A DNA stretch of 64,000 nucleotides from Caecitellus pseudoparvulus (taxonomy: Eukaryota; Protista; Bigyra: Bicosoecida). Positions 43,279 to 54,630 of the stretch are shown here, in pieces. Each line of letters starts with the position of its first letter. Within the stretch, counting starts at the first letter, position 1. The DNA lies in NCBI GenBank assembly GCA_965644315.1, contig CBFFRQ010000089.1, positions 830,768-894,767 on the forward strand. Reading direction: 5' to 3'. The notes beneath the pieces are model-generated. The model ran no database searches and was not told the origin of the DNA. It was given only the letters and a program-made list of their open reading frames with translations. The translations under genes and the position numbers were made by a program.

Positions 43279-46200
43279 ATGGCGTCAGGAGAGCGAGTGG
43301 ACGAGTTTGGCAGGTGAGCAAGCCGGCGAAGTGCGCAGCCTGTACACACCACTGCACAAGCATGGTCGCGCTGCCACCCAGGGTAATTCCTGCCTCTGCA
43401 ACTCCAAGTGCGGATGCTGTCATCCCTGCTTCGGCCCCCGGACAGGGCTCTGCGCCCGCTCCTGAGCAAGAGCACTACCGTGGTGACGCTGGTGCAGTGC
43501 CGGCTGAGCGGGAGGGTGGCAGTGACCGACGCGGTGGTGGGCCAGCGTACCCCCGCCCAGAGCGAAGCATGCCGCCCCGCGGCCGGCGGTCCATTGAGCC
43601 TGCATGGGCAACACGGGGCCGCTCCCGCTCGCCGCCGCGCGGCCGCATGGACCGCGGACCGCCGCCCGGCCGAGGCGGTGGCGGGCGGTGGGACCAGGCA
43701 CCCCCCTCTCACCACCACCAGCATGCGCCCCGGCACCACCACGACAGGCGTGACTCGCGAGGCCCCCCTCGTCGCAGCCGCTCACCGCCCTCCCGTGGGT
43801 CGCCCCCGCCTCAGCCAGCACACTACCCTGGCGACTTGAAGCTGGGTGCTGCTGCGGTGGTGGGGGTGGAGGAGCCCCCCCTCGGCGCACCTGACGCGGG
43901 TGGCGTGCGGCACCCGTGGGTGGAGGGTGTGTCGGGTGGCGCCCCTGGCGGGCAGCACCCGCCCCCCCCACCGCCTCCTGCAGACTACGCTGCCTGGGCA
44001 GCGCAGCAGCCGACAGGGTCTGATCGCGCCACGCTGGAGACTGGGTACAAGGAGTACATTGCCCAGTACGAGCGGCAGATGGCGCACAGCTTCTTCCTGG
44101 AGCACAGGCACCACCCGTGGTTCCGGGCGGGCTACGACCCCGTGCTTCTGTTGGCCCAGCAGCAGGAGGCTGCTGAGGCTGCCGCGGCAGGGCTGGAGAC
44201 GCTGCAGGCACGAGTGCAGGGGGAAGGCGGCCTGGCGGCCCTCATCCCAGAGCCCAAGAAGCTGAACCCTGCAGACGTCTTCAGTGCCGGCAGCGGCAAG
44301 GCGGACGGCGCCGCCGGCGGCAGCTTCTGGGGAGACCGTAGCCGCCTGCTGAAGGTCGTCTCCGTGCCGAGCTTCGTGGACCCTGACGATGTCCTGGACG
44401 CAGTGGCCGCCGTGACGGAGCAGGCGCGCGCCAAGGCACAGGAGAGCGCCGAGTTCGCGGTGGCGTCCGCTGGTGGGGCAGAGGAGGGGGCGGTGTCTGC
44501 AGCTGCGCGCCTGGCTGAGGCCGCCCTGGCCAGCACGCTGCCGCCAGTGGCCATCCACGCAGGGAACCCTGCCCGCGGCATGGGCCGCGGCGACATCCGC
44601 CGCACCTACCACGCGTGGGTGGAGTTCCCCAGCGCCGAGGCCGCCAAGGCCACCCTGTCTGCTCTGTCCACAGACCGCACGATGCCGGTGCCCCTCACGC
44701 GCCACGCCAGCCTGGACAGCGCCACGCTGCTCGCGACGCAGAAGGCCCGTGCCGAGGCCTTCCTCGCCACAGTGTGCAGTGAGGTGGGTGCCGAGGCGGG
44801 CATGGCAGACGTCGCGGCACGGCGGCAGCGGGGGCAGGGCTTGCTGGACGACTATGGTCGGCCCGTGCGAGGCGCTGCCGACGCGTGGGACGGCGACCGC
44901 AGGGCCTACGAGGACGAGTTGGCGCGAGAACGCAAGTTCGGCAAGCTCGTCACCGCCCGTATCACGGAGCTGGCTGGGGCTGACGCCGTGCTGGCCCTCA
45001 CCTCCCGCCTGTCCTTGAAGGACTCTAGCCTGCCTGGCGCCATTCTGGGCGGGGCCAGCGAAGTGTGGGGCCTGCTGGGCGCGGCGGCAGAGGCTGCTGC
45101 CCTGAGCAGTGGCGCCACTGGCTGGCACAAGCTGCCCGACGTGCCGCCGCCGCCCACCGCCGTGGCCAGCGTGAGTGTCAAGCTGGCGCCCATCGGGGCT
45201 CCCGCACAGCGGTTCCTGCCGTACGCTGCGTCGCACGAGGGCGTCGTAGCACGGGACACCCAAGCAGCCACGGCCCTGGCCCGTGCGCTGGACATTGAGC
45301 GGGGACTGTCCCCCATGCCCCAGATGCAGGGCGTGCAGGCGACACCGACGGGAGGAGCGGCTGAGGCGGTGGAGGAGGACAGCGACGAGGAGGAGGGCGC
45401 GGTGGCTGAATCCCCCGCCGCTGCTGCCGCCACCGTCACCGACGCTGCCGCGTTCAAACTCGTCACCTCTTCTGCGTGGCTGACCAGCGCGCCCACTCAG
45501 GTGGACGCCTGGCTGGCCACTGCCGCCCCTGCCACCACCCTGCAGCGCCTGGACGCCATCATCCTGTACCTGTCCTGGGTGCACCAGTACCACTGGTACG
45601 CCGGCCTGCAGTGCCGGGGGCTGGGTGACTGGATGCAGGTGGGCTCGGACACCCTGCAACCCCGCGTCGTGGCTGACGCCTCCATCGCACCCTCCACGCC
45701 TGCAGTGTCCAAGGCTGCAGCGAGTGGGGACGTCGTGGTGGGGGGCGACGCCCCAGCAGCCGCCAGCCAGCCAGCAGCAGAGGGGGGTGAGGGTGACGAC
45801 ACCGTAGTGCTGGAGCAGGGCGGCGCCAAGGAGAAAGACGCCGACGAAGAGGAGGACGAGGAGGGCGCAGGCAGCGACAAGGACGAGGAGGGCGCAGGAG
45901 CGACCAAGGTGGAGGTGGAGTTCGTGGCCCTGGATGCTCTGCCCAGCAGCGCCTGTGGCGCCGTGTGCACGCTGGGCAAGTCCAGCGCCCACAAGCGCAT
46001 GCTGGCCACGGACAGGGCCGTGCTGGGGTACCTGCTGCGCCTGCGCACGGCTCGTCGGCGCGGGGCAGTGGCGCTGGGCGTGCCGCTGTGCAAGGTGTTC
46101 CAGGTGGAGGAGAAGGCGCTGCACCTGGGGCAGATGACGGCGCGGGCCAACCACAACCCTGCGACGGCAGATACGGCCGCCGCCGACCTGACCCTGGACC

Positions 46201-47006
46201 CCATGGCGTTCCCCCTCCTCCCTGATGACATGGCTCGTGACGTGAACTTTGGGCAGCGGGTGGTGGGCGTGCCTGGCGTGCGGGCGCGGGCAGAGGCCGT
46301 CTCCTCTGTCGTGACGGCGGTGTTGGAGGCACTGGGGCAGGACGAGCTGCTGGCTGCCTGGTACGACTCGGTGACGACGCCCGAGGGCGAGCCTGACGAG
46401 CACGGCAAGGTGTTTGTGCGGTGCCTGCTGGGCAAGAAGAAGCTCTTCCAGGACCGCGCATTTGCCGTGAAGCACTTGAAGAAGAAGCAGGCAGAGGCGG
46501 TGGAGGCCGCCACGGTGCAGGCCACCGCCACCCTGGCGCGGGCAGTGCAGTTGCGCGTGGCTGACGCGTTCATGTGGAGCCTGTTTGCCAGTGACACGGC
46601 ACGAGTCGCCCGCAGCCTGCCTGTGAACGCGGGGCCAGCTCGGGCGCTCGACGTGGCGGTGGGCGGTCTCTCCGCCCGCAAGGCGCCTGGGGCACATGGA
46701 GGGGGGGGGCACTCCGGGCCCAGGCAGCGCGGCGGGCGCCACGAGCGGGGCATGCCGCCTCACCGCCCCACCTCCCACGGGCGTGGCGGCGGGCACCCCA
46801 TGGGCGGCGGGCGGTCCTACGGCCCACCGCCACACATGGGCGGAGGCCCACGCAGCCACAGTCGAGGCCGGCGTGCGTACATTGACCCAGACGCGGGCCT
46901 GTCCCGTGCCGGCCCCGTGCCTGGTGCTAGCCGCCTCATGCAGGGCGCCGTGGGCGTGCGTGCGCCCAGCTACGGCCGCTCCCACGTCAGCTACGACGAC
47001 ATCTGA
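43279..47006 (+). CDS. SRRT: SERRATE/ARS2 RNA effector (exons 43279-43313, 43382-47006)
   Basis: R/S/P-rich N-terminus and DUF3546-like YKEYIAQYERQMAHSFFLEHRHHPWFRAGYDP. Also an RRM-like AWVEF, LDAIILYLSWVHQY, a zinc-finger-like CLLGKKKLF...FAVKHLKKK, and C-terminal YIDPDA / SYDDI. Confidence 0.82.
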
Positions 47007-47022
47007 GCCTGCCCCCGAGACC

Positions 47023-47032
47023 CAATGCATTG
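47023..47032. promoter_or_regulatory. Palindromic CAATGCATTG between convergent stops; candidate bidirectional 3'-end signal
   Basis: Reads AATGCA on both strands inside the 34-nt gap between the SRRT and MMAA stops. The same hexamer follows most stops in the window. Confidence 0.55.
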
Positions 47033-47040
47033 CGGCTGCC

Positions 47041-48421
47041 TCATGCCTCCCCCGCCTCGGCCAGGAACGCCTTCACCGCCGCCAGCCCCGCCGCCCGGGG
47101 CGTGAGCAGGCCTGCTTCCAGGGCCCCTGCGGCGGCGGCCTGGCTGGCCTTGGCGGCAGGGCTGCGGTCGAACGCGTAGGTGAGCAGGGCGTGGGCATTG
47201 GACACGGCCCAGGCACTGGCCTGGGCCTGCCTGCGCGTCTGCAGCAGGCCAGACGCCGCCGCCACGCGCCAGAAGTCGCTCACTGTGCCCCACACCTCAT
47301 GCACGCCGGAGCCCTCCAGTGACGAACACTGCATGGCGCGCTGCTTCCACTGGGGGTGCTTCCTGCGGGAGAGGTTGAAGGCGCGGCGCACCTCTGCCGT
47401 CGCGTGTGCGGCTGCCGCCGCCAGGGGGCCGTCTGCCTTGTTCACCACCACCGCATCCGCCACCTCCATGATACCCTTCTTCACGCCCTGCAACTCGTCA
47501 CCGCCTGCAGGCGGCACCACCAGCGCCAGCATGTCCACCGTGCCGTCCACCGCCACTTCCGACTGCCCCAAGCCCACCGTCTCCACCAGCACCACGTCGT
47601 ACCCCGCCGCCTCGCACAGCAACACCACGTCATTCGTGTGCTCCGCCACTCCTCCCAGCGCGCCCCGTGTCGGGGCAGGGCGCACGAAGGCGTTCGGGTG
47701 CCGGGACAACTCTGTCATGCGTGTCTTGTCTCCCAGGATGCTGCCGCCGTGCCGGGTGGAGCTGGGGTCCACAGCGATGACTGCTACACGCCACCCCCCT
47801 TCTGCGAGCTGCGTGCCCAGCGCCTCGATGAATGTGCTCTTGCCGGCGCCAGGCGGGCCGGCGATGCCCACACGCAGGGACCGAGTGGGCTTCGTGCTGG
47901 GCTGCATGCCTTCTCCTGTGCTGAGGCACCCCCATGCTGCTGCCGGGTCGTAGTGTGGGTCAGAGGCGTCCACGCTGTACGCGCTTGAGCTGGCGGCGCT
48001 CTGACGCAGCGCGGCCAGGCTGCTCTCCTCCTCGCCCACGTCTTGCGAGCGGCGCACCGCCAGGACCTGGTCCAGCAGCAGCTGTGCCTGGAACTTGTGC
48101 TCTGCCTTGGCGCTCTCCACTGCAATCGGGCGAGAGGGCGGCGTGTGCCAGGCACTGGCGTGGTGTGCTGTGCGGAAAATGAAGACTCGTACCCAGCGTG
48201 ATGGCGCGGCTCAAACTCGTCCGGTGGCCAGAGAGCAGCCCGTCTGCCAGCTTCCGTGTGGAGTCCCACATGTCACCTTCCATGCTGCTCATGCATCTCG
48301 CCGGCAATGCTCGGGGCGCGATGCCTGCAACATGACAAGCAGTGCTGCTGCCTGCGCTCACTCGCCGCAAGAAGGCCCGTGCCCCGACGGCTGCTGTCGC
48401 TGTTGCCACGTTGCGCAGCAT
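47041..48421 (-). CDS. MMAA: MMAA/MeaB (ArgK) GTPase chaperone of methylmalonyl-CoA mutase, mitochondrial (intron 48192-48120)
   Basis: Presequence, then LSRAITL|[18 protein letters not shown]...[33 protein letters not shown] and NKAD. Confidence 0.95.
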
Positions 48422-48608
48422 GGCACCAGTCCTGGAGTTGTTGCTCAATAGTGCAAGTATGTAGGTGCTCGGGCAGCTAAGCCATTTAGATTCAAATTTG
48501 GAGCGATGAGCGTGAAAGATGTAAAGAGTAGTGTTGAGCAGGCGACTTGAGGGGTTGAAGGTTGCTGAATCCAACGCCGTCTGGCTGGACAGGACTTTGT
48601 GCATTCAC

Positions 48609-50698
48609 TCATCGCGCCGGTGCCGCGAGGATGCGCAGCAGTCCCGGGTGGATCTCCCCCTGCACGATGGTGTCAGGGACTGTGTTGCCGTCCACAGTCA
48701 CCCAGTGCCCGCCGCGGTCCGTGGCGCCCTTGTCGGGGCAGCATGTGCAGCAGGCGGCGCAGCAGCAGAGCTGCTCGTACGAGCCACACTCGATGCGGAA
48801 AGCCCGCGCTCGGACCGTCTGGATGCGCCCCGCACAGGGCGTGGTGAGGTGCCCCCCCGCCTCGTCCAGCCCCAGCAGGAACGGCGCCGACTCGCAGAAG
48901 CAAGTGGGAGGCAAGTGCTGCATGTGCCAGACGCCGTCAGCCAGCGTGCTGTCCGGGGCGATGTTGATGTCGTAGCTGATGAAGGGCACCTTGGCGATGG
49001 AGACGAGGCTCGTCCGGTCGGCGTCTGCGACCAGGCTCTTCCAGTCGCCCTGCAGCGGCGCACCGGCGGCTCCGTAGCGCAGAGCAGGGCCAGATGCCGT
49101 AGCCGGCGGCGCCGCGCCAAGCCCCGCGCGGTGCACGGACGGGTGGTCTTCCGACATGAACGCGCCAGGCGCCAGGTCAGGCAAGGCGGCGGGGGAGAGA
49201 CGTCTCTCTGCCGCCTCCTCAGCCAGTCGAGCGTGCGTGGGGGTGGGCGAGGGGGTGTCGTCCTCAGGCACGTACCAGACCCGGCCCCCGTACGACCGCG
49301 ACCACAGCGTGCGGATGATGCCCTGGGCCGTGAAGCGCTCTGCTCCCAGCCACCGCATGGACTCTGACTCGATGTCAATGTCGTTGTACATGCCGTACTG
49401 CACGGCAAGCAGGCAGTACACACGGCGCCATCCAGGTCCTTGCAGCGCGCCCTCTGCCAAGTGGGGCGCGGTCTCACCCTCCTTGTCAGCCGCACTGCCT
49501 GCTTCCTCTGGCCCACCTGGGGCGGTGTCCAGTGACACGTCGTGGGCGGCGGTGGCAGGGGCTGCCTCGCCTGCGCCCTTGGCAGCGCCACTTGCGGCAG
49601 GTTCGTCAGCCTTGCCATCCTGGGTGGTGTACGTGACGCTGGCAATGTCGTACCAGTGCGGGCGCGAGCGAACTGTGAGGAAGCACGCGCCCACTGGCCC
49701 AAACACCTCCCCTGCCGTGTAGCAGAGGGAGCGCGACACGCCGTTGCCAGAGCCGCCCGGCAGCACGCCCACGTCCAGCTGTGTCCGCACAGTCTGCCAG
49801 TCATCGCGGCCCAGCAGGCCGTTGACCACTTCGAACAGCACGCCATCTCCGCCAGCCGCGATGATGGCGCTGTAGGCGCCTGTGTCCAGGCCAGCGGCCA
49901 GGTCTGCGGCGTGTGTTGCCGAGGTGGTCGCCACCGGTACTGGCGTGACGTGGCTCTGCCGCATCATGGGCTCCCACACATCGCGGTACAGCGCATGGGA
50001 CAGACCCTTGCCAGAGGCGGCACTGAGCACCACCAGCCAGGGCCTATGTGGCAGGGGCGACACCAGGCCTGCGTGTGACGGGTGCAGGGGGGGCAGAGAA
50101 GAGGTAGGTGTGGCGTCGCCCTGCAGCAGGGGCAGACCTTGCGCCAGGCGTGTGATGGTGGCGGCCCACAGGGTCATGACATGGACAGGCGTGATGGGTT
50201 CCTCGTCACTGGCGTCCGCAGAGGGCTCCTCAGGCGCCGCCAGGGCCAGCGAGACGGGCGCATGCTGCCGGGCTCCAACCGTCGCACCGCCGTGGCCAGC
50301 CTTGCTGTCGCAACAGGCGGAGGCGACGGGGAGGTACTGGTGCACCACTAAGCAGCAGGGATCTCCTTCCAGCGTCGCGCCCACGACGTCCTCCAAGCGC
50401 ACAGTCGTGAGCAGGGCCTCTGTGCGTGGCGGCGTGGCGGATGGGGTGTTGCAGGGGCACTGCACTTGCAAGTGCTGGGCCAGCTTACCTCCCCCCTGCA
50501 CCGTGATGCAGTGCCCGATCAAGGACACAGTGACTTCCTGGCCTTGGTATGTTCCACGGGATGACAGACTTGGGTGCTGCGTGGACGGGTCGCATTCGGT
50601 GCAAGCGCCCCGCGCATCGCAGTGCTGTGTGGAAGACACACCTGACCACCTGAGCCTGCGGCCTGCACCAGAGGCTTGCTGCTGCCGTCCTCTGCCAT
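48609..50698 (-). CDS. SPHK: Sphingosine/long-chain-base kinase, DAGKc family (exons 50698-50642, 50576-50489, 50419-48609)
   Basis: SAASGKG, AGGDGVLFEVVNGL, LPGGSGNG, DIDIESESMRWLGAERF, AFRIE and VTVDGN. The introns are phase-consistent. Confidence 0.9.
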
Positions 50699-51012
50699 GG
50701 CGAAGGCTTGGACTGCGAAGCCCAGTATGGGCGCAAAAGGACACTTTTGCACATGAGCGCCCGCGAGCTGCGTGGCGTACCAGTGGGGATGACGCTTGGC
50801 GCAGGAATTTGGCAGGGCAGGCGGATGCCAAGCGCTGCGCGGAATTTGAGCTCCATTCACTGCGCCGAGCGCCCTCGCCCACAGCTGCAGGGTGGGCAAT
50901 TTCCACAGGCCGCCACCTCCACACCTCACAGGGAGGCGAAGGTTACCTGCGAGACTGCTTTGGAGCAGTGTCACGGCCGGTGCGGCCCCTTTCTCGGCAC
51001 ACCATCATCAGC

Positions 51013-54000
51013 ATGGCAGCCGATGGCGAGTACGGCGATGCACGAGACAGGCGGTACAAGGAGGACGATGAAGGTGTGTGCCTTGCAGACTGTCAGACGT
51101 GTGAAATGCCGCACGTACCCTGACGCTCCCGCTGGCGCAGAGCTGAACCCCTTCGCGAACCTGAGCAAGACCGCTGTGCTGCAGCAGGCGCGGGTGTTTC
51201 ACGACGCCTCTTTCGTGCGGCAGCACCCCAAGCGCTGCTGCATGCTGCTGACCAAGCTGCTGTACCTGCTGGCGCAAGGCGAGACCTTCCTCGCCTCTGA
51301 GACTGCAGACGTCTTCTTCGGCGTCACAAAGCTGTTCCAGTCGGAGGATGTGCGTGGGCCGCGGCGGGAGCGGCAGTGAAACGCGTGCACGGCACCAGCG
51401 CACGTCACGTGGCAGTGCGCACTGCACACGCGCCGCGCACCTTGCACAGGGCAACCTCCGACGCATGGTGTACCTGTTCTTGAAGGCCGTCGTGGAGTCC
51501 ACTGACTCGGGCGACGTGCGTGGCGATGCTGCGGCGAGCCGCCCAAGCACTGGCGCATGCCTCGCCGCCCACCCGCTGCACAGGTCATCATCGTGGTGCA
51601 GTCCCTGGTGAAGGACATGAACAGCGACAAGGACCTGTTCAAGGCCAACGCCATCCGCACCCTGGCCAAGATCGTGGACAGCAGCATGCTGGCGCAGATC
51701 GACCGCTACATTCGCCAGGCCATGGTGGACCCCAACCCCATCGTGGCGTCCTCAGCCCTCATGGCAGGCCTGCACCTGGTGTCCACCGCCCCCGACGTCG
51801 TGCGCCGGTGGGTGTCCGAGGTCAACACGGCCCTGTCCCGGGGCAGCGGCCGCATGGTGGAGTTCCACGCCCTGGCCCTCCTGCACCGCCTGCGCGCCTC
51901 CGACCCCCACGCCATCGTGCGCCTGACCTCCACACTGCGCAAGCAGAGCCTGCCCAGCCCCATGGCCCGCTGCCTGCTCATCCGCTACACCTCCAAGCTC
52001 CTGCAGAACGGCGGCACGGACGCAGCTGAGGCGTACGCCTTCCTGGAGAAGTGCCTGCGGGACAAGTCGGAGATGGTCATTCTGGAGGCGGCGCGCGCCA
52101 TGTGCCACCTGCCCGGCGCCTCGGCCAGCGACCTCGCCCCCGCCATCACCGTCCTGCACATGTTCCTGGCCCTGCCCAAGAGCGTCATGCGCTTCTCGGC
52201 AGTCAAGACCCTCAGCACCCTGGCGCACACGGCACCCCTCGTCGTCGCGCGCTGCAACGACGAACTGGAAGCCCTCATCTCAGACAACAACCGCACCATC
52301 GCGACGCTGGCCATCACGACGCTGCTGAAGACGGGCGCCGCCAGCCGAGTCGAGGCGCTGGTGCGGCAGGTGGGCAAGTTCATGGCGGACATTGGCGACG
52401 AGTTCAAGAAGGTCGTCGTGCGCGCCGTGCACGACCTCATCCTGCGCCTGCCCGACAAGGCCTCCCTGCTCATCGCCTTCCTCTCCAACGCCCTGCGCGA
52501 CGAGGGCGGCGCCGCGTACAAGGGCGCGATTGTAGACGTGCTGGAGGATGTCATGTCCAAGGTGCCGGCCTGCTGCACGGAGGCGCTCTTCCACCTGTGC
52601 GAGTTCATTGAAGACTGCGAGCACGCCTCCCTCGCAGTGCGCGTGTGCCACCTGATCGGGGACAAGGGCCCCTCCCAGCCCAACGCGGGGGAGTTCGTGC
52701 GCTTCGTGTACAACCGGGTCATCCTGGAGGCAGCCCCCATCCGCGCTGCGGCCATCACAGCCCTTGCCAAGTTTGCCGCCCGTGTGCCCTCCCTGCGCCG
52801 CAGTATCGTCACGCTGCTGCAGCGGGCGCAGCAGGACGACGAGGACGAGGTGCGGGACCGCGCGACGCTGTACCTCACCATCCTCAGCCGCCTGGACGAG
52901 GAGGAGGCTGCCGCGGGGCCCGCCTCCGCCGGCCGCTCCTCTGCCGCTGACGAACTGGCGTCCGTGTCCCGCAGCATCACAGCCGGCACGCTGCCCATGT
53001 CCGTCGCCTCCCTGCAGAAGGCCATGCACATGTACCAGCAACGGCCCTCGCCTGGCCCCCTCACCTTTGACGCCTTGCCCGCTGTGGCGGCCGGCGAAGG
53101 CGAGTGGAGCTACGCCACTGCCATGGCGGCGCCCTCCTCGCAGCCCACTGCCCCCGCCGCAAAGGGGGATGCCGGATCCACCTCTGCAACCTCCCCTGGT
53201 GGCCGTGCAGGCGGGCCGGCTGCGTCGGCTGGCGCACAAGCACCTTCCTCTGCCGAGGCCTTGTACGCCATCCCAGAGTTCGCCGGGTACGGCGCCCTCT
53301 TCAAGTCCTCGCCACCTGCGCCGCTCACCGAGACGGAACAGGAGTACGTCGTGCACGTCACCAAGCACGTGTTCGAGGAACACATTGTCCTGGACTTTAC
53401 CGTCAAGAACACCCTCGCCGACGTGCGCCTGGAGCAGGTGACGGTGAACCTGCAGCCTGCCTCGCCCGAGCTGCTGGCAGTGTGGCAGCAAACCGGCAGC
53501 GTCGGCGCCTCTGTCGCCGTTGCTGGGAAGGAAGCCCATGCGTACGTCGCCCTGCAACGCAACGCTGCAGCGGGCTTCCCCAGCGGCACCTTTGAAGCCG
53601 CGCTCAGCTTCACGGCAGTGGACGTGGACCCCGCCACCGGGGAGGCTGATGGAGAGGGCTTCCCAGACGAGTACCCCCTGGAGCCCGTCACCATTGCCAC
53701 GGGAGACTACATGCGCCCTGCCGTCGTCAACGGCTTCCGCCCAGCATGGGAAGCGCTGGGCAAGGCAGGTGAAGTCATGGAGAGCTACGCGTTGCCCCTG
53801 CCCACAGTGCCCGAAGCGGTCAAGGCCGTCTTTGCCTCCCTGAACATGGGCCCCTGCGAAGGCACGGGGGACGTCTCCCCCACCTCGGAGAAACACAACG
53901 CATACCTGGCAGGAGTCTTCCTGGGCGGGCACAAGGCGCTGGCCCGCATGCAGGTCACGGCTGCTGGCGGCTCGTGCGTGCTGAAGATCGCTGTGCGCTC

Positions 54001-54046
54001 GGGAAACCCCGACCTCAGCCAGATGATCGCTGATTCAGTTGCTTGA
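51013..54046 (+). CDS. COPG: Coatomer subunit gamma (exons 51013-51073, 51141-51349, 51450-51515, 51584-54046)
   Basis: NPFANLSKTAVLQQARVF, FFGVTKLFQS, LRRMVYL, IATLAITTLLKTG, HLCEFIEDCE, DDEDEVRDRA, LTETEQEYVV and DEYPLE. Confidence 0.97.
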
Positions 54047-54630
54047 TGAGGTGCCACAGCGCGGGGCTTCAATGCTTGCAATGCAATCAACGTGGCTTTT
54101 TTTGTTTGTTTGGGAGTCGATTTCCGCACGTGACAGGCCAGCATACATTTGCTCGGCCACATCAAAAATAGGGGCTTGAGAATGGTTGTTGAAGCTTTGG
54201 CAGGGTGGTGTTGCTAATTAGGTGTGAGCCTTTGCCAAGTTCAGCTGGATCGGGTGTTCAGTGGAGAAGGTTGTTTAGGGTGCGTGTGTGGGCGGATGTG
54301 GCTGTGTGCTTCTTTTGTCTTGCGCTCTTGATTTATCTGTACGGCGGTGTGTGTATTTTCACGTGTGTTTGGGTTGACTTGAGCGGTGGATTGCCCTTTG
54401 AGTGCGCGTGGAATGTGGCGGTCTTGTGCTGCCTTCGCTCGACCAAGCCAGCCAGAAGTCTGCGAGCGCCTGAACTGCCCGCTCCGTTTGGCGCCTCCAC
54501 AATTTGTGTTGAGGATGGGGAATTGGAGACTAGTCTACCGTCTCAGACCTGTGCTCCACCATTGTCTCTCACCTTCCCTGCGCAGGCTGCCTTGCCACGT
54601 GTTGGCGCCGCACAGCGACACTGCCCAACC

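Noticed and set aside
43782-47030. 1082-aa antisense ORF, and similar ones at 31418-33676, 52280-53932 and 4105-5496
   Set aside because: Shadow frames of GC-rich genes on the opposite strand, with no recognisable motifs.
7493-51583. Frequent GTGCGT donors as a possible novel intron class or introner family
   Set aside because: All introns are GT-AG and their bodies are not similar to each other. GTRCGT donors are already familiar from GC-rich stramenopiles.
54205-54630. N-terminal extensions from the ORF track (GT61; also 43056, 30249, 50924 and 36810)
   Set aside because: They start at non-ATG or poorly supported codons and read like UTR. Downstream ATGs give signal peptides or spliced, family-consistent starts.
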